64,000 nt of DNA from an uncultured Ruminococcus sp. (lineage in GTDB: Bacteria > Bacillota > Clostridia > Oscillospirales > Ruminococcaceae): contig CAMWVV010000001.1 in assembly GCA_947177755.1 (NCBI GenBank), forward strand, positions 1,592 through 65,591, written 5' to 3'. A model generated the notes under the pieces. That model did no database searches. It saw only the letters and a program-made list of their open reading frames with translations, and was not told where the DNA came from. Position 1 is the stretch's first letter; the number at the start of each line of letters is the position of its first letter. This document shows, piece by piece, positions 41,829 to 50,773 of this stretch. The translations under genes and the position numbers were made by a program.

Positions 41829-42944
41829 TCAGAATGAAAGATAGTCCGTGCTTACATATCCTGTATATCCGCCCCATGAAACATAACACCAGTCGTCACC
41901 GTATTCAATTATAGTTACGGTACTTCCTTTGGGTATACCTGTTATGATTGTACCATTCATTGATGCTGATTTACGAAGATTAAGAACGTCCTGTTTTGTT
42001 GAAACAACGGCTGTTGTCGGTATATAGGACTGATAAACAGGCTCCTGACCAGCGGTTACATAATCAGCACTGACAAATCCGCTTTTTCCGTTATATGTTG
42101 TATAATACCAGTCAGAATCGCTTGTATTGTATACATATACAGATGTTCCTTTTGGTATTGATGTAACAACTTTTGCACTTTTTGAAGCATCTGCACGGAC
42201 ATTCAGAGGGTCTTTCTGAGTTGTGATATATCCATAGAATCCCGATTCATAAATACGTGTGTAATTTTGTTCAATTACGGGTGGCTCGGTTTCGGCAGGA
42301 ACTTCAACTATAACGGTAACTGTAACGACTTCGGTTACAGGCTCGATTATTTCTTCAACCAAAACGGGCATTGTTTCTACGTGTTCTTCTGTCTCCTCTT
42401 CTGTTTCTTCTTCAGTCTCTTCTTCTGACTCTTCGTCATCTGCATTTTCAGAAAGTGTTATATTTCCGTTTAAAACATCTTTGTCATTATTCTTGTTGTT
42501 TTTGTTTACCATTGCTTTCATGATTGTAGACATTGCAATGATTATCACGGCAAAGAAAATTATTACAGCTATAAGCATAATATACATTCCCACAGATGTT
42601 TTCTTTTCTGGTTTATCCACACGCTGTCTTATATATTGCTGCTGATTACCGTTTTGCTGATGGAAGTTATTCTGTGGCTGTCGTTGAATGTTTTGCTGCT
42701 GGTAGTTATTATATGGCTGCTGATAAGGGAATTGCTGATAATTGTTATTTGTATTATTATAGTCTGAAACAGGCGGATTATTTGTGTTCTGCTGAAATGA
42801 CTGCGAATGGTTGTAATTTGTGTTCTGAAATTGTATCTGGCTGTTGCTTTCTGCGTACTGTGTGGGATATGAAGAGTTATTGTCGTATGTGTTGGTGTTG
42901 TTTTTGGACAGGTCTATAAATTTTTTCTGGTTGTTGTTATCCAT
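41829..42944 (-). CDS. Single-pass membrane protein: Q/N-rich N-terminus, acidic linker, two SH3b domains
   Basis: LNVRADAS..AKVV..IPKG...WYY..Y.GKSGFVSADYV and LNLRKSAS...IPKG...WCYV.W.G..GYVS.DYL. Confidence 0.85.
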   Translation of the reverse strand: MDNNNQKKFIDLSKNNTNTYDNNSSYPTQYAESNSQIQFQNTNYNHSQSFQQNTNNPPVSDYNNTNNNYQQFPYQQPYNNYQQQNIQRQPQNNFHQQNGNQQQYIRQRVDKPEKKTSVGMYIMLIAVIIFFAVIIIAMSTIMKAMVNKNNKNNDKDVLNGNITLSENADDEESEEETEEETEEETEEHVETMPVLVEEIIEPVTEVVTVTVIVEVPAETEPPVIEQNYTRIYESGFYGYITTQKDPLNVRADASKSAKVVTSIPKGTSVYVYNTSDSDWYYTTYNGKSGFVSADYVTAGQEPVYQSYIPTTAVVSTKQDVLNLRKSASMNGTIITGIPKGSTVTIIEYGDDWCYVSWGGYTGYVSTDYLSF

Positions 42945-42975
42945 AAAAATCTCCTCATATTATTTTTCCTTGAAA

Positions 42976-44886
42976 TTAAATTATACCTTCGTCATCAATT
43001 ACAGGAGTATCAACAGGTGTGTCAATAACGGGAGGTTCTGTTTCAGGAGGCTCGGTGACAGGCGGTTCTGTTTCGGGCGGTTCAGTGACAGGCGGTTCTG
43101 TTTTTTCTGTAGTGGTTTCTGTTTCCGTCTGTTCGGTTGTTGTTTCCGTCTCTGGCGGTTCACCGAGAGTGACATACTTTGCAGACACAAACCCCTCCTT
43201 GTTTTTATAGCGAACATAGTACCATTCTTTTGAAGCCTTGTTGGGATTATTGTCATCCATATAAATTTCACATACTTCTATAATCTCACCTTTTGGAATT
43301 TCGGTTAATACATCTGCGTTCATATCAGGCCCCTGACGGAGGGAAAGGGGGTCGCTCTTCGTTGTTACATATGCTTTTTCTTTTGTACCCGTACTGCCGA
43401 ATTTGTTTGCATCGCTGAGATTAATCCAGCCGTCACCTGAAAGAAGTTTTCCCCATTTTCCGTCGTCATCGGTTTCAACAATTGTGTATATTTCTCTGTC
43501 CCTTATGTGCGTTGTGATTTTTGACTTGTATTTTGCTTCTTTGTATACAGGAAGATTATAGTTGTTTATTTGCAGTTTATATGATTCAAATTTATCGGGA
43601 GCTTTTCCAAGTGTAACATATCTTTTATCAATAAATCCGTCTGCATCTTTATAACGGACATAATACCAGCCCTCTATATCAATATAATATATGTAGATGT
43701 TTTCGCCTCTTGGAATATATCCCTGAGCTTTTGAATCTATAAGAGGAGCGTAACGAATCGTAAGGGGGTCTTTTTCGGTTGAAATGTACGCTTTTTCCCT
43801 GCCATAAGTATTGCCGAAATTATCCGCATCGTCAAGATTTATCCAGCCTGAGCCGTTCTTAAGCTTTCCCCAGTGTCCCTGACGTTCGGTAATTGTGTAT
43901 GTTCCTCTGTCATTTATGTAATCATTAGTTGGATTGTCGGGATTTGCGTCCTTGTATATAGGAAGATGATAATTATTTATCTTCACATAATAAACGGGTG
44001 TTGAAGATACTTTAATATCTTTCATGAAGTCAGAAAGGTTACATTCTGAAACTTCGCTCCAGCCACTATATATTTTTCCGTCGTCTTTGTTTTTATAGGC
44101 TCTTACTCTTACCTGTATGTTTATGGGTACTGATGCGCCTGTTTCAAAATAATTATCTGAAGTATATATGGTACGGCGGTATGGTTCGGAATCATTTTCC
44201 GTTTCGGAATCTTCTATTTCATAACCGTCAGCGTTTTCAACAGCGTTCCATGTCACATAAACCGTAACGCCGTTGTCATGTTTGTCGGGTGTTTTCTGAA
44301 ATCTGCTTATATCAGGTACGGAAAGTTCACTTATATCTTCTTCGGTTTCTTCGTCGTCCTCTTCATCTTCACTGTCTGTTTTTTTATCTGTATTTTCTTC
44401 TGTATCGGAAATAAGTATATTGTCATTATTATTTTTTATTTCGTCTTTTTTATCTCCGCCGTCCATCATGGCACGCATTACTGCGGACATTGAAATTATT
44501 ATAACGGCAAATAAAATTACTACTGCTATAAGAATTATATAAAGTCCCGAAGGTGTTTTCTTTTTTATGGGCTGATAGCCGTCTGTGTAATTAACGGGAT
44601 TTTGCTGAAAATTAACTGGCTGTTGATAATTGCCGGCATAGCTTGTCTGTGTCTGGTTGTACTGTTGAAAATTGTTTCCATTGTTATTCGGATTCTGTCC
44701 GTACTGCTGATAATTACTTCCGTTGTTGCTGGGATTCTGCCCGTACTGCTGATAATTGTTTCCGTTGTTGCTGGGATTTTGCCCGTATGGATAATTGCTA
44801 TTGTTATTGTAATTCTGTCCGTACGGATAATTGTTATTGTTGTTATAATTCTGTCCGTACTGCTGAAAATTATTATTGTTATCCAA
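42976..44886 (-). CDS. Single-pass membrane protein: Q/N/Y/G repeats, FN3-like domain, four SH3-like domains, TEPP repeats
   Basis: VTWNAVENADGYEI...VRAY...YSGWS (FN3); duplicated WGKL..G.GWINL and DPL..R..P...IP.GE...WYYVRY...GF modules. Confidence 0.85.
   Translation of the reverse strand: MDNNNNFQQYGQNYNNNNNYPYGQNYNNNSNYPYGQNPSNNGNNYQQYGQNPSNNGSNYQQYGQNPNNNGNNFQQYNQTQTSYAGNYQQPVNFQQNPVNYTDGYQPIKKKTPSGLYIILIAVVILFAVIIISMSAVMRAMMDGGDKKDEIKNNNDNILISDTEENTDKKTDSEDEEDDEETEEDISELSVPDISRFQKTPDKHDNGVTVYVTWNAVENADGYEIEDSETENDSEPYRRTIYTSDNYFETGASVPINIQVRVRAYKNKDDGKIYSGWSEVSECNLSDFMKDIKVSSTPVYYVKINNYHLPIYKDANPDNPTNDYINDRGTYTITERQGHWGKLKNGSGWINLDDADNFGNTYGREKAYISTEKDPLTIRYAPLIDSKAQGYIPRGENIYIYYIDIEGWYYVRYKDADGFIDKRYVTLGKAPDKFESYKLQINNYNLPVYKEAKYKSKITTHIRDREIYTIVETDDDGKWGKLLSGDGWINLSDANKFGSTGTKEKAYVTTKSDPLSLRQGPDMNADVLTEIPKGEIIEVCEIYMDDNNPNKASKEWYYVRYKNKEGFVSAKYVTLGEPPETETTTEQTETETTTEKTEPPVTEPPETEPPVTEPPETEPPVIDTPVDTPVIDDEGII
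44680..44870 (-). repeat. Coding tandem repeats (2 x 36 bp and 3 x 42 bp, approximate)
   Basis: Encode YGQNYNNN(N/S)NYP twice and YGQNP(S/N)NNG(N/S)N(Y/F)QQ three times. Confidence 0.8.
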
Positions 44887-44907
44887 ATAAACCCGCCCCT
44901 TTTATAA

Positions 44908-45438
44908 TTATTTTTTTATACATAAGGATACGGCAAATTTTCCGTCTTTCAGTATGTATTGTCTGAATCTATACCCCTCAACCGATGTTTTTATTTTATT
45001 TCCCTCAAAGGAAAATTCAACTGTATTAAGAGGATATGATATACCGATTCCGATAGCTTTCACATATGCTTCCTTAAGCGTCCATAAACGGAAGAAAAGA
45101 AGGTCACGCTCATTTTCGGGTGCATTTTCTATTAATTTTTTTTCATTTTCCGAAAATGCCCTTTTTACTACATTCGGACGGTAAGGGCGGACACCCTCAC
45201 AGTCAACACCACATTCTCTGTCCGTCATCAAGCATACTGCTATGCCGTCGGCATGGGACATATTGTACCTGATTTCGGGGTGTTCCGCAAGAGACGGCTT
45301 ACCGTGTTCGCCTCTTATTACGGGCGTTTCGTCGGTGACATAGTTGATTTTTTTTGTTCTCAGACATTCACGCAAAAGATTATGTGCGTGTTTACGCTGT
45401 TCCTTTTTCGGAACTTCCTTTATTTCTATCAGTAACAT
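44908..45438 (-). CDS. 4'-phosphopantetheinyl transferase (Sfp-type)
   Basis: GKP, YNMSHADG, CGVDCE, FFRLWTLKEAYVKAIGIG; start set at the ATG after GGGAGG. Confidence 0.9.
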   Translation of the reverse strand: MLLIEIKEVPKKEQRKHAHNLLRECLRTKKINYVTDETPVIRGEHGKPSLAEHPEIRYNMSHADGIAVCLMTDRECGVDCEGVRPYRPNVVKRAFSENEKKLIENAPENERDLLFFRLWTLKEAYVKAIGIGISYPLNTVEFSFEGNKIKTSVEGYRFRQYILKDGKFAVSLCIKK

Positions 45439-45582
45439 ATTAAACCTCCCTGTAAAAAATGTCCTTGCAGGTCTTATTATATCATATACAATAGTAAAAA
45501 GCAAGAAAAAAGTGACATTTGTCATCTTGTAAATATATAAGCTTTATGTTATAATTTGAAAAAACAAAAGGAGGATTTTTAT

Positions 45583-45804
45583 ATGAGTATTATTTTTTCA
45601 TTTGTGTTGTTTTTCGGAATACCTGTGGGAATAATTATATTTTTTATAATGTCACTGCTTGAATTTAAAGGTACTCCAAAAGACCATTTATACTATAAGA
45701 AAAGAAAGACAAAGTTTATAGTATCCGCTGTGCTTATGGGAATAATTGTGGCATCAGTTGTGGGGTTATTTATAATGTCTCAGATGATAATCAGATATAT
45801 GTAA
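45583..45804 (+). CDS. Small two-TM protein
   Basis: GGAGG SD and two hydrophobic helices. Confidence 0.65.
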   Translation: MSIIFSFVLFFGIPVGIIIFFIMSLLEFKGTPKDHLYYKKRKTKFIVSAVLMGIIVASVVGLFIMSQMIIRYM

Positions 45805-45816
45805 AGGAGTACAAAA

Positions 45817-45954
45817 ATGAGTGACAAACTTTTTAGGAGTATATTAATAATAATTTTAATTATCGGTGCGGTAAGTACGGCTGTACTTGTTGCGTACACT
45901 TATTATCTGCACGAACACTGTTCTATAATTTCCTACATAGCAAACGGAGGCTGA
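45817..45954 (+). CDS. 45-aa membrane peptide, not in the ORF track (MSDKLFRSILIIILIIGAVSTAVLVAYTYYLHEHCSIISYIANGG)
   Basis: Manual translation; AAGGAG SD; its 3' end supplies the GGAGG SD of the next gene. Confidence 0.65.
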   Translation: MSDKLFRSILIIILIIGAVSTAVLVAYTYYLHEHCSIISYIANGG

Positions 45955-45958
45955 TTAT

Positions 45959-46912
45959 ATGAAACTTTTTCAACAGCTTTCAACACTTTTTTTGTTGATA
46001 ATGTGCTTTGTCGGCTTTGATATATCGGTGTATAATCTGTTTACAAAGCGTTACATAAACAATACAAGCGAACAGATGCAGGCGAAGTCAATAGAACTCG
46101 ACAAATATCTTCCGTTTGAGGAAAATTCAGAAGTTATAAAGATTGATACTGATTTCAGACTTTCGGGTGATTTGCCTGTTGTTGACGGTGCGGCTGCACT
46201 TTATCCTGTGTTTTCGGGATTTGTGAACGCAGTATACCCGAAAGACAGCGTTATTTTTGACGGTGAAAATTTCACGCCTGAAAGTTCACTGCAATATACA
46301 AACACACTCAGAGCCTATAAGTCGGTTGTGGACGGCGGAGCGGATATTATTTTCTGTGCAGAACCGTCTGCCGAACAGCTTGAATATGCAGATGAGCAGG
46401 GTGTGGAACTTGAGTTCGTACCGATAGGAAAAGAGGCTTTTGTATTTATTGTGAACAATGAAAATCCTGTGGATAATCTTACTGTTGAACAGATAAGGGG
46501 CATTTACTCGGGAAAATATAAAAACTGGTCACAGGTTGGCGGTGACAATACCATAATTGACCCCGTTCAGAGAATTGAGGGTAGCGGAAGCCAGTCTGTT
46601 ATGGTGTCTTTCATGGACGGCATACCCATGAAAAAGAATTTATTCGGATTTATGGGACGTGCTGTCGGTTTTTCGTTCAGATACTATGTGTCGGAAATTG
46701 TTGATAACGGCGGTGTGAAGATGCTTTCTGTGAATGGTGTCTATCTCGACAAGGAAAATATTTTGTCTGGAAATTACCCGATAACAGTTGACTTCTATGC
46801 GGTTTACAGAAAAGACAACCCCAACATAAATATAAAATTATTAACTGACTGGATTCTTTCAGACGACGGACAGCAGATAGTTGAACAGTCGGGGTATATT
46901 CCATATTATTGA
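45959..46912 (+). CDS. PstS-like periplasmic-binding-domain protein
   Basis: DGAAALYPV, T..AY, EAFVFIVN.ENPVDNLT.EQIRGIYSG, QR.EGSGSQ. Confidence 0.8.
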   Translation: MKLFQQLSTLFLLIMCFVGFDISVYNLFTKRYINNTSEQMQAKSIELDKYLPFEENSEVIKIDTDFRLSGDLPVVDGAAALYPVFSGFVNAVYPKDSVIFDGENFTPESSLQYTNTLRAYKSVVDGGADIIFCAEPSAEQLEYADEQGVELEFVPIGKEAFVFIVNNENPVDNLTVEQIRGIYSGKYKNWSQVGGDNTIIDPVQRIEGSGSQSVMVSFMDGIPMKKNLFGFMGRAVGFSFRYYVSEIVDNGGVKMLSVNGVYLDKENILSGNYPITVDFYAVYRKDNPNINIKLLTDWILSDDGQQIVEQSGYIPYY

Positions 46913-46926
46913 TATGAGGTATTTAT

Positions 46927-47403
46927 ATGGCTAAAACAGAAATTATTTTCTTTTTTGCAGTTATGATTAATATAATCGGATTTTATTTTATGACAAAAAA
47001 TTTTTTCCGTAAGCGGACAGCCAGCGGAAAAATTTCATCATTCAGTACAGCAACAAAAGTTTTTTCAGTGATATTAAATCTTGCACTTGCTTTTGGAGCA
47101 TTATTTGGTGTGGCGCTGGGATTGTTTTGTATATCGCCTTTTGGTTTGTTTGGAATTGTTCGTGATGAGTTCTGGGTTTCGGATTTTGCAACAGGTTTGT
47201 TGTTGTGTGAAGTTTCAGTATTTGTGCCGTACGGTCTGAACATACTGTTATATAAGTTCTGGTATAAAAAATTCGGTCTGTCGAAGTGGTGGACGTTTCC
47301 GGCATTGGTAATCGGAGCAGGAGCGTTTATATTTTGTGTATTCGACATACTTTCAGAAAGATTTATACGCTACTGGTCATATGGCGAATGGATATGGAGG
47401 TGA
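46927..47403 (+). CDS. Hypothetical four-TM protein
   Basis: GAGG SD and four hydrophobic segments. Confidence 0.65.
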   Translation: MAKTEIIFFFAVMINIIGFYFMTKNFFRKRTASGKISSFSTATKVFSVILNLALAFGALFGVALGLFCISPFGLFGIVRDEFWVSDFATGLLLCEVSVFVPYGLNILLYKFWYKKFGLSKWWTFPALVIGAGAFIFCVFDILSERFIRYWSYGEWIWR

Positions 47404-47407
47404 TTAA

Positions 47408-47704
47408 ATGAAGAAAGTCCCGTCGCATACTAATTTATTGTTTGTCCTTGCGTTAATGCCGATGATAGTGTTTGTTATTTTTTTTATTATAGGTATAATT
47501 TACGGAGATGTAGAGGAAGTTATGTATTCGATTTTTATGGTTGTTCCTGTGATTTTCTGTCTCAAACGGGGAATCAGTCTTAATATTCTTTATGTAATTG
47601 CGTTTTTTGTATTAGTATTTCAGATATTGTCTGTTGTAAACTTTATTCGTGTCTGTAAAAAAGTTCGTAAATATAAAGAAAGTCATGAAGATAATGAAAA
47701 GTAA
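47408..47704 (+). CDS. Hypothetical small membrane protein
   Basis: GGAGGTG SD, hydrophobic, basic tail. Confidence 0.6.
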   Translation: MKKVPSHTNLLFVLALMPMIVFVIFFIIGIIYGDVEEVMYSIFMVVPVIFCLKRGISLNILYVIAFFVLVFQILSVVNFIRVCKKVRKYKESHEDNEK

Positions 47705-47725
47705 AAAAAAGTTTATGATATGGTA

Positions 47726-47754
47726 TTGTAAACAGCCGTAATCCGTGTTATAAT
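47726..47754 (+). promoter_or_regulatory. Sigma-A promoter of asp23-DAK2
   Basis: TTGTAA, 17 bp spacer, TG-n-TATAAT. Confidence 0.6.
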
Positions 47755-47786
47755 ATTTACATTATGACACGGAGGTTTTTTATATT

Positions 47787-48137
47787 ATGGTAAAAGAAAA
47801 TCATATAGGTAAAATAACTATTACTGAATCTTATCTGACGGAAATAGTACGCCATGCCGTATGCGACTGTTTCGGTGTTGCGGACGTATGCAGTACAAAT
47901 ACATTCCGTTCGGCTGTTTCCTCTCTCACAAGGGGAAAGCTTTTCAGACGCAAAGGCGTTATAATCCACACGGACGACGACGGAATAACAATTGACCTTC
48001 ATATAAAAGTCTCATACGGTACAAATATAAAAGCGGCTGTAAACAGTATAATACACAAGGTAAGCTTTACAGTTGAGGAAACTGCCGAAATACACGTTAA
48101 TAACGTGAATGTATTTGTGGACGATATGAACGTTTAA
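47787..48137 (+). CDS. Asp23/Gls24 family protein (YloU-like)
   Basis: G.ITI, CFGVADV, IDLHIKVSYGTNI...V...V..VNVFV; paired with DAK2. Confidence 0.9.
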   Translation: MVKENHIGKITITESYLTEIVRHAVCDCFGVADVCSTNTFRSAVSSLTRGKLFRRKGVIIHTDDDGITIDLHIKVSYGTNIKAAVNSIIHKVSFTVEETAEIHVNNVNVFVDDMNV

Positions 48138-48151
48138 AGGAGGTTTTTAAA

Positions 48152-49798
48152 GTGATAAACGGTGCTTTATTCAGAGATGCCATTATTTCAGCGGCTGTTA
48201 CAATAGACAACAGAAAAAGGGAAGTTGACGAATTGAATGTATACCCTGTTCCCGACGGCGACACAGGCACAAATATGTCAATGACTATAGGAAATTCTGT
48301 CAGCGAACTCAGAAGACTTGAAAACAATGTGACAATTTCGGAAGTTTCGTCTGTGGCTGCATCGGCATTTCTAAGAGGAGCAAGGGGAAATTCGGGTGTT
48401 ATACTTTCGCTTATTTTCAGGGGAATTTCAAAAGGACTTTCGGGTTGTACAGAGGCAGGATGTGCGGAATTTACAGAAGCTCTTGAATCAGGAGTTGAGT
48501 CGGCATACAAGGCGGTTATGAAGCCTGTGGAGGGGACTATACTTACAGTTGCAAAGGCTTGTGCAGTAAAAGCAAGGGAAATTTCGCTGTCCACGAATGA
48601 AGATGTTATTTTCTGGACGGAAATATGCAAAGAGGCTGAAACTATTCTTGAAAAAACAACGGAAATGCTTCCTCAGCTGAAAAAAGCAGGAGTAGTTGAT
48701 GCAGGCGGTAAAGGTCTTGTAATCATATTCAGGGCAATGACGGAAATTTTTGCAGGCGGTAAAATTGCAGAACCTGTTTCTGTACAGGAAAATGCAGGTG
48801 ATTCTTTCAGAACTGCCGTTAGTGAATATGACGACGAAATAAATTATACATACTGTACGGAGTTCATGATTGAAAAAAAGGAAAACTGTCCTGACCCGTT
48901 TATGCTCCGTGCGTATCTTGAAACAATCGGCGACTGTGTTGTTGTGGTTGACGACGAAAAGATAATAAAAGTTCATGTACACACCGACAACCCAGGAAAC
49001 GCTATTCAGAAAGGTCTTGAATTTGGTCATTTTACAAATAATCCACGTCCGAAAATTGAGAATATGCGTATTCAGCATGAAAACAAGGTGAAAGAAGTCC
49101 GCAACGCTGAGCAGGGTCTTAAACCTGCTCAACCTGAAAAACAGTTCGGCTTTGTTGCGGTTGCGGCAGGTCATGGAATTGAAGCAATGTTCAGGGACTT
49201 GGGTGCTGATATTGTCGTAAGGGGCGGACAGACAATGAATCCCTCAACAGACGACATTCTCAGTGCTGTTCTTGCAACTCCTGCTGAGGTTATTTTTGTA
49301 CTTCCGAATAACAAAAATATAATCATGGCGGCTGAACAGGCTGTTAAACTTACAGACAGAAGTGTGTGTGTACTTCAGACAAGAACCATTCCGCAGGGTA
49401 TTTCCGCAATGCTTGCATTTGACGAATCAGAGGGACTTGCCGAAAACCGTCTTAACATGACAAAGGCGTTTGAAAGAGTTTCAACGGGTCTTGTGACGTT
49501 CGCCGCAAGGGATTCCGAATTTGAGGGTCATCAGATTAAAGAGGGTGAAATTCTTGCTCTCGATAACGGAAAACTTGCTTTCACGGAAAAGGACGTAAAC
49601 AAAGCTGTGCTGAAACTTTCAAAGAAGCTTGCAAAGGGCGACGTAAGTTATATTACGCTTATTTATGGTGCGGACGTTACAGAGGAGAACGCTGAACAGA
49701 CCAGAAACCTCATACAGTCCAAACTCAGTGATAAAATAGAGGTTATGCTTGTAAACGGCGGACAGCCTGTATATTATTATATTATTTCTGCTGAATAA
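48152..49798 (+). CDS. DAK2 domain fatty acid kinase subunit A (YloV/FakA-like)
   Basis: LNVYPVPDGDTGTNM, GARGNSGVILS, VVDAGG, YCTEF, GGQTMNPS, GGQPVYYYIISAE. Confidence 0.93.
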   Translation: MINGALFRDAIISAAVTIDNRKREVDELNVYPVPDGDTGTNMSMTIGNSVSELRRLENNVTISEVSSVAASAFLRGARGNSGVILSLIFRGISKGLSGCTEAGCAEFTEALESGVESAYKAVMKPVEGTILTVAKACAVKAREISLSTNEDVIFWTEICKEAETILEKTTEMLPQLKKAGVVDAGGKGLVIIFRAMTEIFAGGKIAEPVSVQENAGDSFRTAVSEYDDEINYTYCTEFMIEKKENCPDPFMLRAYLETIGDCVVVVDDEKIIKVHVHTDNPGNAIQKGLEFGHFTNNPRPKIENMRIQHENKVKEVRNAEQGLKPAQPEKQFGFVAVAAGHGIEAMFRDLGADIVVRGGQTMNPSTDDILSAVLATPAEVIFVLPNNKNIIMAAEQAVKLTDRSVCVLQTRTIPQGISAMLAFDESEGLAENRLNMTKAFERVSTGLVTFAARDSEFEGHQIKEGEILALDNGKLAFTEKDVNKAVLKLSKKLAKGDVSYITLIYGADVTEENAEQTRNLIQSKLSDKIEVMLVNGGQPVYYYIISAE

Positions 49799-49819
49799 TT
49801 TTTCTGATTTACTCTTTTT

Positions 49820-50119
49820 GGGGAATATATTTGTAGCTTGGGGAATATGCAGGGAATTGGTTTTTAAATATTTCCCCAAGCTTTTTCGGCTATATTCAGG
49901 GATAAATTATACTTTCAGGGAATTTAGGGAATGTTTTATTTATTTTCTATATAGAAAATATGTATGCTTGTTATAATAAATATTATATATATAATATAAA
50001 AAGAAAATTTTAAAATTCTTTCCCCAAGTTCCCTAAAACATTACATTTCGCCTATATTTCGGCAAAAAAATTAGGGGAAACTTTGGGGAAGTCAGGGAAA
50101 AACACAACAGTTTAGGGAA
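49820..50119. repeat. Array of 12 RGGGAA hexamers in both orientations flanking an AT-rich core (replication-origin-like)
   Basis: Copies at 49820, 49840, 49851, 49872(rc), 49917, 49926, 50020(rc), 50029(rc), 50074, 50085, 50094 and 50114; near-pure A/T at about 49932-50018. Confidence 0.75.
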
Positions 50120-50149
50120 TATTCTGTAAGAATTAAAAAAGGAATCAAT

Positions 50150-50722
50150 ATGGATAATAAAGAAAATTTCACTCTCCAAGAACAGAAAGCTATAAATAAA
50201 TATTCATGGCTTAATACTTTATTTATTTTAATAAACGGAATAATGCTGGTATATGTAAATAATGCAGTCAAGCAGGGTACTTATCATTTATATCTTGTTA
50301 CGGCATTGTTAATTGCCTCAACTGTAATTACTGTAATGATATTGGTTACATATTTTCAGAAAAACAGACATATTACAAAATATAAGTCAAGATATTTAGC
50401 GTCTACTGTACTTATGATTTTTCTGTTTATACTTCATGTTTTTATATGCAAAGACTACATAATGGATATATTCGCTGGTGAAAGAACGATTATTACAAGT
50501 GAATACAGTGTATTATGGGATTATTTCCATACTGAAATTGACGGCGAAGAAATACGGCTTAATCTTACGGACGAAACTATAAAAAAACTCCGTAACAACG
50601 AGTATATCGACAGTGACGAAATATATAATTTCAGTACTGGTACATATTACTACAAGAAAAAAGTCCATGTTACTTATTATCCCAACAGCAAAATATTAAA
50701 AGATGCATTTATAGAAGATTAG
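50150..50722 (+). CDS. Hypothetical AT-rich membrane protein
   Basis: Three N-terminal TM segments and a soluble C-terminus; AAGGAA SD. Confidence 0.7.
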   Translation: MDNKENFTLQEQKAINKYSWLNTLFILINGIMLVYVNNAVKQGTYHLYLVTALLIASTVITVMILVTYFQKNRHITKYKSRYLASTVLMIFLFILHVFICKDYIMDIFAGERTIITSEYSVLWDYFHTEIDGEEIRLNLTDETIKKLRNNEYIDSDEIYNFSTGTYYYKKKVHVTYYPNSKILKDAFIED

Positions 50723-50773
50723 TATAAAAAGACCTTTTGTGCGAATACTATCACAAAAGGAGATGATTAAACT

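Noticed and set aside
44640-44880. CRISPR-like periodic repeats
   Set aside because: The repeats are contiguous with no unique spacers, are in frame and encode the Q/N repeats; no cas genes are present
48488-49174. 228-aa antisense ORF
   Set aside because: Shadow of the DAK2 gene with composition typical of reverse-frame ORFs
49820-50119. Chromosomal oriC, or a G-quadruplex cluster
   Set aside because: No TTATCCACA DnaA boxes or dnaA nearby; the G-runs are short, on both strands and widely spaced
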